A stretch of 64,000 nt of DNA from Thraustochytrium aureum (lineage: Eukaryota): positions 197,558 through 261,557 of the forward strand of contig BLSG01000410.1 of the NCBI GenBank assembly GCA_012862495.1, read 5' to 3'. The notes under the pieces are model-generated. The model saw nothing but the letters and a program-made list of their open reading frames with translations, made no database searches and was not told the DNA's origin. The translations under genes and the position numbers were made by a program. This document shows positions 13,101 to 24,613 of this stretch, piece after piece (the first letter of the stretch is position 1; each line of letters starts with the position of its first letter).

Positions 13101-16037
13101 CACCCACGGACCCTGGCGGGACAGCGAGGAGCGCGCCTTGCGAGGGCGCGTCGACTATCGTTACGTCCATTGGAAGGTTGGAGACCGGCGACAGACGGGT
13201 GAGGTCTAGGACCGTCGCGGTGTCTTCGTTGGCGTCGAGAACCGCTTCGTAGGCAAAGTTTGCACCGAATTGAACGAAAACCTCCCCAAAGACTCTAACG
13301 TTGGACTCTCGCGATTCGAGGAAAAACGTGAAAGCGTCGCTCTCGGCATCGGACCCGGCGCCCCTCTTTTGGTATGTCAGAGTCCCAACAGGATGGGGCA
13401 CGCCGTCACGCGGCACGAGGCGGTCGTCTTTCCACTGCACGCGGCCGAGCGACCCAAAAGAAGGCCCGCGCCCGACCCCGAACGAGTACCGCGCGTCAGA
13501 ACCGAGCACTGCCGTGAGCTCGATCGAGATCTCCTTCGCGCTGTTGTCGACAAGTAGGACGACGAGGGGCGAGCTTGCAAAGGTTGCTCGCGAGGGCTGG
13601 ATGTCGACCTTGCTGGCCTCTGACGGGGCTGCCCAGGGCAGATCCGACCCAGCAACGCCACTTGGCCCGCCTTGGTTGCTCGCGGTGATCGAAAGCACGC
13701 TGGGCGGGAGCGGGAACGCGCAGGTGAGCGGGCCACTGGGGATGCCGTTGCGAAGGTCGCCGAGGCTCGGGTCCGCGTCACCGTCAAAAGACCATCGCAG
13801 AACAAGCCCCCCATCGCTTGGGCGCGGGGCTAGGAACATCGCATCGCGAACCTGCTCGCGCGTCCGTGGCCCCGACCACAGGCGGACCTCGTCGATGGCG
13901 CCAGAGAACGAGTCGATGTCCTCGCCTTGCGCACCCACAACGAACAGGCCGCTCGGCAGGTTCATGTTGGGTGGCGCCGGCAGGTCCTGGGCAAACGTCT
14001 CCGTGTCGATGCGGATAAAGCGCGCGACTCCCGGGGTACTGCCGTTGCGGAGAAGCGCGCCCAGCGCAGGGCTTGCGATCGGCGAGACTGCAAGGACTAC
14101 CGCTGGAAGCTTCGGCCGCGCCAGCATGCTCCGCGAAGCGTACCAGCTCTGGGCGTCGACAGCCCCATTCTCGAAAAACTCTGCGTCGCTCGGGTCAATG
14201 CTGTTCAGGTTGAAGAGGCCAAACTCGGCCAGCGCTGTGGGCGTTTTCGAAGGCGCTTCGAGTGCGACACGCGCCCCAGCGATGCGATCGGATGGACCCA
14301 ACAGAGCGGAGAGCAGGCCGGGGTCAAGAGGGATCCAGAGGACCTCGTTCCTTGTGGTCCACTTGACCTGCGTTTGTGCATCTACGGAAACCCAATCGCG
14401 TACGCGAGGGCGGGTCACCCGACTGCCAAATAAGTCGCCACGCTCCACGAGAAGCTCTAGCGCCCAGCCCACTGGGCCTGCAGAAGGCTCGCGCGGCCCG
14501 ACAAGCGCGTAGTGCGTCAACTCGGCAGACACGAGACGCGCCGTATCGTAGGCAAACTCGAGCATCTCGGTCTCGCGGCCCGTGGCCGCTTTCCATTCGG
14601 TGCCGATATCGGCGTCCATTGCAAAGCTCGCTTCATGGATCACGCCTTCTGGACATGAGAAGGCGGGGCTAGATGCGGACGGCTCGGCGCGCATTCGGCC
14701 TGCAAAGCGCGCAACCCCAAACAAGGCAGAACCGCGCAGCGATGCACACCTGTAACGCGAATCGCCCGGAAGGCCCGCTCGGCTGGGCGATGGGGTGCGT
14801 GGTTGGGTCGCAGCGATGAGCTCGAGGTCCATACACGTGAGGTCTTCGTGGAGCTTTGTTGCGAGCTCCGAAGACGTGTCACTGCCCTGCCCAGGCAGCA
14901 AGACGATGTTGATTCCAGGCAAAGCCTTCACTAGAGCTTGAATATCGTCATAGGTTGGCTCTTGGTCTGCGCTTTCAAGGACGGCGGCCGTGTCGCCGGC
15001 AAAGCGCTGGAGGTCGACGGCTGCGGCGATCGCGGTCGAGTTGCCCTCGCGCACGAGAGCAAGTGGAGCGCTCACAAGAGCCAGGTCCCGGTTCGCAATT
15101 TCGGCCCACTCCACGGGCTCGGCTGGCTTTCCGTAGTGCGCTCTTTCGAACTGGGGCCCTAAAAACCTGTCCTGTGCTACGAGCGCACCGAGCTGCCCAG
15201 ACAGTCCCAAGCTCGTGCTATTCGGAAAGTGCGGGCAGTCGCACATTCCCCACAGTTTGCGCGTCTCAGGGTCTTTCTTGTCATACTGCGCGATTGTCGG
15301 GCACCAGTGCGCGAGGCCTGGCAGCACGTCCGGCGAAGCAGTTTCACCAAATGAATTGATAGAATCGGCTCCGCGGAACGGCCGCGAGCCAATCTTCCAG
15401 TACTGCGGGCACGTCGTGTATGTTTCCCCATTCAGCGTGAAAGGGATTGCGCAGTCTTGCACCTTGTCTCCGAGAAAGCCACCAGCTGCTCGGCAGCCCT
15501 GCCACGGCTCGCCATCCGGGGGGGGGCTGCTGGGGCGCGAGTGCGATTCCCTCGCGGTGAACACCCACGCAGCGCTGGCGGTTCGCTGCACCAAGTCTCC
15601 GTTGACGAAAACGGCGAGACTCGAGTTGGCCGAGGCCCTGTCCTCGACGAGGGCGATGTGACTCCACGTGAAGGCCTCCAGGCCAGTGTGCTCATGCGGG
15701 TACTCTAAGCTTACATCTCGTCCCAGCTGGACCACCAGCGCAGACTCGGTCGTCCCGACGACGAGGCTGCCGTCGAGGCTGAAGATTCTTGCTCGACATG
15801 CGACGCAGTTGAGCAGGACCCAGAACTCGACCGTGCGGCCCTGCGTCGCTTTGTCCAGCTCGGGTCCACGAACGCGGAGATGACAGAGCGCGGCCCGAAG
15901 AATGCCGCCCGCCCTGCCCCGCCTGCGCCATCTCGCGCCGCTGCGGCAACGTAGGCAAGCGCCAGGAGGGCAAGCACCAGGGTGAGCCCGGCGCTGGCGC
16001 GGTGCAGGCGCGCGTCGGTGCGGCCTCTCCGACCCAT
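7154..16037 (-). CDS. Giant multidomain membrane protein: signal peptide, split LamG, FN2-like, discoidin-like, Ig-like and galactose-binding-like domains, EGF and Cys-rich repeats, multipass TM region, 2 EF-hands, IQ motif. Stitched from 5 ORFs (shifts at about 15870, 10825, 10410, 9460)
   Basis: Signal LTLVLALLALAYVAAA; TVEFWV..WSHIALV..VFVNG and FSGAIDEVRLWS; CPNGTY/CAPGSF/CPPGTF repeats; many hydrophobic helices; DLDRSGAISEAE, DTDRSGQIDEEE; IQRAFRRW. Confidence 0.85.
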
Positions 16038-16239
16038 CGCCGCTCCCGCGGCGCAAGCGAGAGCGGTCCAAGCGGCGCGAGCGCCGTGCCTCTGCTCTGC
16101 GCCTGCCAGCCAACGAGGCCCTGCTCGAGGCCCTGCTCCCTGCGCGTCGCGAAACTGCGCCCTGCGCGGCTCTCTCGCATTCGGCGCGGACGACAACAAC
16201 TCGAACATCGTCACCAGTTCTGAATTTCTTCCTCGGCTG

Positions 16240-16339
16240 CTCCCTTTGTTCCTTCGGCATTCGCTGCGCTCCCTTTGTTCCTTCGGCATTCGCTGCGCTC
16301 CCTTTGCTCCTTCGGGATTCGCTGCGCTCCCTTTGTTCC
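16240..16339. repeat. 29-bp minisatellite, about 3.4 copies, upstream of the giant receptor gene
   Basis: ctccctttgttccttcggcattcgctgcg at 16240, 16269, 16298 (variant), partial at 16327; no spacers. Confidence 0.95.
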
Positions 16340-17228
16340 CGCGCGTGCCGCTGCGTCCGCCCTGCCTCGCGGAGCGCACACCGCCCGGGGTATGCGGCAG
16401 GGATTTCTGTGATCATCAGAGTCAGAGCTCGCCTGATCGCGCACGTGCCACTCCGAGTCATCACTCTCTCTCTCCTCGGGCGGCATCATCCATCCATCTG
16501 CGTTCAAGTTGGGCTGCAGTGGTCGACTCGGACACGTTCTGGCAGAGCGAGTCGAGTGTGTGGGATGGGAGGGTGGGTGGGTACTATGGCCAGGCTGACC
16601 GACGCTCCTCTCGCAGCGTGGCGTTGCTTGGCCAGTGGATGTCCGTCATTCATTCATCATTCATCATGAGGTCAGATCATCATCTGTCTGCAGGCTGCCA
16701 CACGACTCGGAGGAAACGCGTTTCTTTCGGCGCCGTAGTACTCGTAGTATTCGTGTGAAGAGCAAGCGCTCTGCGGCTCGGGAGGCCTGCCAGTGGGCTT
16801 GCGTTGAGCAAGTTGGCGGTTTTGCTCCGTCCGAGTTGTACAGCTCACAGCCGGTTGGCGCTTCCAGTCGCCGGAGAGCAGATCGATCGTCAGCTCGAGT
16901 TGACGGAAACCTTCGCACCGTTGGCAGGCTGTACTTGCGCCAATGGAGAGCGCATGCGGTGCGCACCCCTCGTTACTTCCTTCCGTTCCACTCTGGAGCG
17001 CTTCGCAGCCCTCCCATCTTCCTCTCTGTCTCTCCATCTGCGTCGATCGCACAGCAGCGCAGTCTCATCAGGGCGCAGCAGTGCAGCATCAGCATCCGCA
17101 TCGAGCAAGCAAGCAGCCAGCTCCCCTGCCGGACTGACGACAAACCCGCAGCTCGAACGCGCGCACGTCCACCGCACCTCCACACGACCACCACCGACGG
17201 CGACGGCGACAGCCAACTCAGGAGAACG

Positions 17229-18158
17229 ATGGCCGCATTCCTGGGCAAGCTCTTCGCGGGGCTCCGCACGGAAGACCTGAACGACATCGACACGATCGTC
17301 GAGAAGGAAAACGAGGCCCGCGAGGCCGAGCTCCGCGCGCTCGCCGTCGAGGAGGAGCTCCTCGTGCGCGAAGAGAAGGTCCTTGAAGAGGAGGAGGCCG
17401 CCAGCAAGCTCCGCGTCAAGGCCGACGAGGCCAACGAGGACGCCTTGCGGGAGGAGCGCGAGGCCGTCGAGGCCGAAGCCATCGCCAAGGAGAAGTTCGA
17501 CGCCTGCGCCGCCGCCGAGGCCGAGGCCACCGCTGCCGCCAAGCTCCTGCAAGAGAAGGAGCAAGTCGCTGCTGCCGAGGAAGAAAAGCTGCAGCAGCTG
17601 GAAGCCGAGATCAAGGCCAATCTGGAGGAGATCGAGACCCAGAAGCAGGCCAAGCGCGACGAAATCGCGCGCCTCACCGCCATCGCCGAGGACGAGGAAA
17701 ATGGGCCCGTAGCCTGCAAGAAGGCCATGCACCAGCTGAGCACTCTGGAGGCCGAGGACCCAGCGCCCTTGCGCAAGGCCAAGCTCACCAGCGAGGCTCT
17801 TCTCAAGCGCCAGCAGCCGCTGATTCAGAAGGCCAAGGGTGCGCGCTTCGAGGCCCAGCAAGCCCTCAAACCGCTCGAGACGGCGCGCAAAGCGGCCGAG
17901 GCGGCGCGCGAGGAGTCGGAGGTCGGTAAGAAGGACGCCGAGCGCGAGCGCCAGGAAGCAATTGACGCGCGCAAGGTCGCAGATGCTGCCAACGCGGCCG
18001 CCACGAAAGCGCTCAACGCGGCCAAGAACTCGCGCTCTGCGATCACCAAGGATCGCCGGGCTGCGGTCAAGGCGCGCGAGCATGCTGCCGAGGAGCGCAA
18101 GCGCCTCGCCAAGCTCCGCAAGAAGGCCGAGAAGCTCGCGCTCGAGTCCAAGCAATAA
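17229..18158 (+). CDS. Ala/Glu/Lys-rich coiled-coil protein (resembles protist 'TolA-like' proteins)
   Basis: Strong GC3 codon bias, continuous helical composition, EDPAPLRKAKLT motif recalled from protist TolA-like proteins. Confidence 0.8.
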   Translation: MAAFLGKLFAGLRTEDLNDIDTIVEKENEAREAELRALAVEEELLVREEKVLEEEEAASKLRVKADEANEDALREEREAVEAEAIAKEKFDACAAAEAEATAAAKLLQEKEQVAAAEEEKLQQLEAEIKANLEEIETQKQAKRDEIARLTAIAEDEENGPVACKKAMHQLSTLEAEDPAPLRKAKLTSEALLKRQQPLIQKAKGARFEAQQALKPLETARKAAEAAREESEVGKKDAERERQEAIDARKVADAANAAATKALNAAKNSRSAITKDRRAAVKAREHAAEERKRLAKLRKKAEKLALESKQ

Positions 18159-19273
18159 GGAGCCACGGCACGGCGTCTCGTGTTTGAGAATGGGTGGTGT
18201 TTCGGAGGCGGCGCTCGGGGTTTGGAGACCGACGGTTGGCTCGCCTCGTTCGCTCTGCACTGCTGCACTGCAGGGGTTTGTTTCCCTGCGTTCGTGGGCA
18301 CCTGCGACTGATCTGCCTGCCAGGCAGGCCATGCCGCCCATTCATTCATTCTCGCGTGCTTGCTGTTGCGCCATCTGCCACATCTTCAAGGACAGTCAGA
18401 GAAGATGCGGTTGGACTGGGATGGGATGAAGGAGCGAGCTTTCGCTGTCAGATGCCGAATCGTCGCCTCGTTGAACTCGGCTGTGGGCCACGCACGGGCT
18501 TCAGACATATGACTAGTACAACCATGAAAACTAACAGAACCGTTTGAACGAGGCCATTGTCATTCATGCATCCTGACACGCCGCAGCGAGAGGGTGCGGT
18601 GGACCTGCTTGAGAGAGAGAGAGACTGACGCAACGAGCAGCCAGGGGGTCCGACGGTCGTCGACCACCGACCGTCTGTCTGTCTGAGATCACCGAATGCT
18701 GAGCCATGCATTCGCCCTCCGTCTAACTTTAGNNNNNNNNNNNNNNNNNNNNNNNNNNNNNNNNNNNNNNNNNNNNNNNNNNNNNNNNNNNNNNNNNNNN
18801 NNNNNNNNNNNNNNNNNNNNNNNNNNNNNNNNNNNNNNNNNNNNNNNNNNNNNNNNNNNNNNNNNNNNNNNNNNNNNGCAGCTGAGGCGTTATTCGAGCG
18901 CCCGCCCTCCGTCTCGTCAGCGCCTGCTGCCAAATCCTGCAAAAGGCTACCGACAGTGCCGCCGAGACGTCCCGGGACAACAATCCAATAACTCACGCGC
19001 TGCACAAGCTGCATCAGAGCCGCGTCGGACGGCACCGATGCCATTGCGCGGAAGATCAGCGTCCTGGCGCACCAGGCCTATAATTGAGAAAAGTGAGCCA
19101 CACCAATAATAGTTCCGTTTAGCGTCGACATTCACAGGCCTATCAAAATAGGAGCAAGCTCTAGAGGGATTCACCGCCGCTGCCGCGCGTCGCGTCCAGG
19201 CGCGCCGCGTGCGACAGACCAGCAATTGAACCGCCTCGCCTGCGCACAGGACAGGACCTCCTCGAGTCGAGCA

Positions 19274-21788
19274 ATGAAGGTCGAGTGCCGCGAAGACCTC
19301 TCCTGCGGAGGCGCCGCCATTACCTGTCACGCGACTGGCCACGCGGCAGCCAACGCGATCACCACATTTATCGGCTGCAGCGACGGCCGTATCGCGGTGC
19401 TAACCTCCGCAACTGACGGGGGGGGGGCCCGAGCTCACAACAGCTGCCTCAACAAGTCCTTCGAGCACCAAGCGCAGCAGGGAGAGCGAGCCGAGCATCG
19501 TTCACCTGAATGCAGACCCGCAGCACCTGGGATCCGTGACGTGCATTACCTTTGCGCCAGACTGCAAAAGCGTAGATGCCAGCCGCGGCCAGGACCTTGT
19601 CATCTCCGGCGGCTCGGATCGCACTATCAAAACCTGGTCCCAGAAAAGCCGCCGCGGCGACCTCGAATCTGTCCAAACCCTCGAGGGCCACCGGTGGGAC
19701 TGTCACGAGTGTCGCTTTCGGTGGAGGGAGCAGGGCGCAGCGGCTGATCAGCTCGAGCACCGACCGTACGATTCGAGTCTGGGCCCCGAGCACCGGCCGC
19801 GCTCTTCTACTGTACCCGTGGTTTACCCAGGTCCAAGTCGTCCAGAGTGCGACATGGTTCACGTGTCTTGTTCTCGCCCCGCCCTCGACGCAAGTGGAGC
19901 CACCCACCATTTTTGCAGGCGATGCAAAGGGCTCTATGACAATCCTCAAGCCGAGCCGCGGGCAGAACTCGGGATCTTCAAATAGTGGGAGGGGGCGATC
20001 GCCCGCGGCCCTTGAAGTCGTTGAGCACGACGACTACGGCGAGTACGAGGAGGACAGAGCGGAGCGCTTCAAGCTGCACGCCCTTGGCGTCGGCGCAATG
20101 GTCATGGTTGACCAGGTCAATCTCGTCATCACGATTGGCAACGACAACTGTATTCGCGTCTTCGACGTTCCCGGCAGATCCGCTTTTCTGACGATTACCA
20201 ACCGGCGCAGGTGCCGCTACACATGTGCGACCTGGGACCCGCTCAATCACGAGCTTGTCGCCCTTGACGAAATCGGCGTCCTCGAGGTCTGGAATGTGTA
20301 CACTGACCGATGCCTCCTAACACACTCGCTCCTTGCCCGAACCGAGAGCGACGCCGCCCAGAAATGCAATGGCAGCGCCGCGCTTGCCGGTGCAGGAGCT
20401 CAGAGTGCGGCGACGCCACCTTCGGGCGGCTCGGCGGCAAAAACCCATTTCACGAGGCGCGGCGGACGCAGCTGCTTTTGGTGATGCACCACGACTCCGC
20501 GCTAGCGCTGCCACGTCCTGCTCAATCAACGCGATGGCGAGGGATCCCGTCCTGAACGTGTCGATCGGTGACTCGTTTAAAGTCTGCAGAATCCTCCGCG
20601 ACCTAAAGTTCCAAGAATTCGAGGGCCACCGCGACGCCGTCGTTGCCCTTGTGTGCACCGAGCTGGACGCTGGCGCATCGTCCAGCGATGGGCACGCGCG
20701 TGGTGACGGGCTGGGCTTCTCCCTCTTCTCGGCGGGGCTCGACAACGGACTCTGTGCGTGGGACTGGTACGATATGTCTTGCTTGTACAGGCTGCGGGAG
20801 CCCGAGTCAGAAATCACCTGCATGGTTCACGTCGCTGAGTCGGCCATGCTTGTGACCGGAAATGAGGACGGCACTATCCGGCTGTGGAGCTGCGAAACAG
20901 GGTCTACTCTCGTCCTCGAGGAGCACAAGAACACGGTGAGCTGCCTTGACGTCGCTCAGCGCCGTCGGGGTACCATCCTTCTCAGCGCGGGCTACGACGG
21001 CAAGGTCGGCGTATGGGATATCACAAAGCGGCACATGGTCAAGCCGCGGCTCGAAGTGATGTTTCAGGCCCACAGCGCGAAAGGAGACTTTTGCGAAGCC
21101 AAGTGCGCCGACGACATGCTTGCACTGCTCGCCGCTGGAGATGCCGGAGGGCAGGAGATTCTCGCGATTCGCTTCAACCCTGGCTCTCCGGAGCCTGGCC
21201 CCAGCGACGGACGGCGTGCTTCCTTCTCCAGCTTGTCGTCAGGCTCGAACCCGGTGTTTTCGAGGGCCTCGAATTCAGGCGGCGGTCATGCGGGCCGCTC
21301 TGAGAAGCGGCCCGACACGTTTCTCACAGCGGGGAACGACGGCGTGGTCCGCGTGTGGCACATGGCGACCTTTGAGCTATTGTGCGAGCTCAAGGGCCAC
21401 ACTGATGCTGTTACCTGCATCGAGGTTGACGGTACATTTTGCGTCAGCGGGAGTGATGACAACTCGGTTCGGATCTGGAATCTCAGCGACGTCCGCCGGG
21501 GCTATTTGGTCACGCAGCTTCGGGGGCACGCAGCCCCAGTGCGCGACCTCGCTGTGCTCCGCGCCCACCCGCGGGCCAACTTGGTCACGTGCTCAAGCGA
21601 CGGCACGATCAAGGTCTGGGACTACACTGCCGGGACCGGCGGGCCGCGAGGTGGGGGAGACCGGCAAGGTTGTGTTGGAGTACGCCAACACGGGGCTCGA
21701 ATACCGCTGCCTTGCGCACTGTCCAGCGAGAAATGAGGTACTCGTGGGAACGCAGCAAGGCAAGGTGATCGCCTATGCGCTTCCATAG
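19274..21788 (+). CDS. WD40-repeat protein (probably two propellers), several apparent frameshifts
   Basis: ISGGSDRTIKTW, SSSTDRTIRVW, GHRDAV..SAGLDNGLCAWD, SAGYDGKVGVWD, GHTDAV..SGSDDNSVRIWN, TCSSDGTIKVWD across successive overlapping frames. Confidence 0.9.
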
Positions 21789-22283
21789 CACTATAGAGAA
21801 GAACGACGAGCGCGCGGGCTGGAGTCCTGCCGAGGCCACAGCTTCGGTGGACCAGGAATCCTCATCAACACAGTTTTAGATGTGATGTGTTCTTTTTTTA
21901 GCTTTCGGACGCCGCGACGGCGCTGGCGGATCGATGACACTGCTCGCGCTCGATTTATGCGACGACTGGGAAAAGAAACGAGTTGGTGATTGCCAGAGTT
22001 CCGACGGTGTGAGTAAAATCCTCGTGAGGTCCTCTTGACATCGACTCTGACGAAACGAAAACGAAACGAAGATACGCTCGAAAGTTACGATTGCGCAGCC
22101 ATCGCAAGAGCTCCATCTTCCACCGCACTGCTCCAGGGGCGAATACGCAGGCATCCAGGCGAGCAAAGCAGCGCCCGAGGGCACAGAGCGGCAGGGTCGC
22201 GACACGACGAGTGGCGGCACGTCGGACCTGCCAGAAAGGAGGTTTTGGACGCGCCATTCCTGCTGCGCCCAGAAGACAGGACA

Positions 22284-23627
22284 ATGATCGAACACCTCAC
22301 CGGCTGGAACGTGGCCGGGCTCGCTGCGCTTGGCCTGGCCGGCGCCCTTGCCACCTACGGCGTCCGCGGCGTCCTCATCAAAGTGATGAACGCGTACCGC
22401 AAGTTTAACATCTTGCTCCTCGCACTGCGCGGACAAACGCCCAAAAGCGAAGCCGAGCGACGCGTCGTGACGGGCGAGGCGTGGGAGGAGTGGTGCGACG
22501 CCCTCAAAGCGGCTGGGGCCACCCTGCTGAGCCCCGGATGCCCGAAGGACCCCTTCAACCAAGCAGAGGGGTATCGGTACCTCAGCCGTCTCGTTCGCGC
22601 CTCGCTCGAGGCGTTCATGGAGTGCTCTGACACGAACGCGCCGCGGCTTGTGGCTTTGGCCAACGGTGACAGGGCCGCGCCGGTGAAGATTGGATCCCCC
22701 AACCCTGACAACATGTACACAAGCGCCTCAATCAGCGGGCTCAAAGAGTACGTGGTTACCGTGAAGCGAGGCACCGTCCACTACCTTGGGTTTGGGACGC
22801 AGGCTGGCACCTACGGCGGGCCTGGCGGGCTCCAGACGGTCGACTACAAGGAGGCCGCCGAGTTCGAGCAGCGCCCGGACGGCACTTTCGAGATATACCT
22901 GAGTAACAAGCGGCCGGACGGCGTTGCCAACTGGTTAAAGACCGTCCCGGACCCTGAGCGCGGCCTCCTGATCGTCCGCCAGACCCGAGAGGACCATGCC
23001 AACGAGGTGCTTGCCGAGGTCGACATCAAATGTGTCTCTGGATCAAACTTTCCATCGCCCTGCAGCGCCGAAGCTGTGGATGAGGCCTTGCGCACGAGCG
23101 CCATGTTTGTAGCCGGTGCGCCGATCATGTTTGCGCGATGGGCGCACGGTTTTCAAAAGCATGTCAACCAGCTCCCGCTCTTCGACCAGGAGACTTCCAA
23201 CAAGGTTGGAGGAGATCCCAACATCCGCTACTACCATTCGTACTGGCAGATCGCCTCTGACGAGGCGCTCGTGATTCGGGCTGACCCGCCAGAGGTCGAA
23301 TCATGGAACTTTCAGCTCAACAACCACTGGATGGAGTCGCTTGATCACCGGTACTACACGATTCATGTCAACCGCCACACCGCTCGCTACCGCAAGGACG
23401 GGAAAACGGTAGTCCTGGTCGTCACGACACAGGACCCTGACCAGCTCAAGGGCATTGACGCGGTTGAGCCGTACAACTGGATCAACACCACGGGCCACAC
23501 GCAGGGTACAATGACGTTTCGTTGGATCCGCCCTGCGACGGATGTTGGCCTGCCCCAGCCTGCAACGCAGGTCGTAAAGTTCACAGACTTGCCGCGGGTT
23601 CTGGCTGAGAGCAGCGGGACGGCGTAA
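22284..23627 (+). CDS. DUF1214-like protein of bacterial type with an N-terminal membrane anchor
   Basis: AEGYRYLSRL, KIGSPNPDNMY, RGTVHYLGF, DGTFEIYLS, WNFQLNNHWMESLD, NWINTTGH..GTMTFRW are motifs I recognise from bacterial DUF1214-containing proteins; hydrophobic N-terminus; intronless. Confidence 0.8.
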   Translation: MIEHLTGWNVAGLAALGLAGALATYGVRGVLIKVMNAYRKFNILLLALRGQTPKSEAERRVVTGEAWEEWCDALKAAGATLLSPGCPKDPFNQAEGYRYLSRLVRASLEAFMECSDTNAPRLVALANGDRAAPVKIGSPNPDNMYTSASISGLKEYVVTVKRGTVHYLGFGTQAGTYGGPGGLQTVDYKEAAEFEQRPDGTFEIYLSNKRPDGVANWLKTVPDPERGLLIVRQTREDHANEVLAEVDIKCVSGSNFPSPCSAEAVDEALRTSAMFVAGAPIMFARWAHGFQKHVNQLPLFDQETSNKVGGDPNIRYYHSYWQIASDEALVIRADPPEVESWNFQLNNHWMESLDHRYYTIHVNRHTARYRKDGKTVVLVVTTQDPDQLKGIDAVEPYNWINTTGHTQGTMTFRWIRPATDVGLPQPATQVVKFTDLPRVLAESSGTA

Positions 23628-24613
23628 CCGAGATTCGATGATGGGCGCGATCAACAAGGCGAGAAGAAGTAAGGACAAAACGAAAGAAAAAAAAATCATG
23701 ATGCTGTTGGANNNNNNNNNNNNNNNNNNNNNNNNNNNNNNNNNNNNNNNNNNNNNNNNNNNNNNNNNNNNNNNNNNNNNNNNNNNNNNNNNNNNNNNNN
23801 NNNNNNNNNNNNNNNNNNNNNNNNNNNNNNNNNNNNNNNNNNNNNNNNNNNNNNNNNNNNNNNNNNNNNNNNNNNNNNNNNNNNNNNNNNNNNNNNNNNN
23901 NNNNNNNNNNNNNNNNNNNNNNNNNNNNNNNNNNNNNNNNNNNNNNNNNNNNNNNNNNNNNNNNNNNNNNNNNNNNNNNNNNNNNNNNNNNNNNNNNNNN
24001 NNNNNNNNNNNNNNNNNNNNNNNNNNNNNNNNNNNNNNNNNNNNNNNNNNNNNNNNNNNNNNNNNNNNNNNNNNNNNNNNNNNNNNNNNNNNNNNNNNNN
24101 NNNNNNNNNNNNNNNNNNNNNNNNNNNNNNNNNNNNNNNNNNNNNNNNNNNNNNNNNNNNNNNNNNNNNNNNNNNNNNNNNNNNNNNNNNNNNNNNNNNN
24201 NNNNNNNNNNNNNNNNNNNNNNNNNNNNNNNNNNNNNNNNNNNNNNNNNNNNNNNNNNNNNNNNNNNNNNNNNNNNNNNNNNNNNNNNNNNNNNNNNNNN
24301 NNNNNNNNNNNNNNNNNNNNNNNNNNNNNNNNNNNNNNNNNNNNNNNNNNNNNNNNNNNNNNNNNNNNNNNNNNNNNNNNNNNNNNNNNNNNNNNNNNNN
24401 NNNNNNNNNNNNNNNNNNNNNNNNNNNNNNNNNNNNNNNNNNNNNNNNNNNNNNNNNNNNNNNNNNNNNNNNNNNNNNNNNNNNNNNNNNNNNNNNNNNN
24501 NNNNNNNNNNNNNNNNNNNNNNNNNNNNNNNNNNNNNNNNNNNNNNNNNNNNNNNNNNNNNNNNNNNNNNNNNNNNNNNNNNNNNNNNNNNNNNNNNNNN
24601 NNNNNNNNNNNNN

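Noticed and set aside
13301..14512. Long antisense ORFs (also 8639-9793, 16890-18341, 38526-39710)
   Set aside because: Shadow frames of GC-rich genes on the opposite strand with no recognisable motifs
16240..16339. Possible CRISPR array (29-bp repeats)
   Set aside because: Units are directly adjacent with no spacers, no cas genes, eukaryotic context
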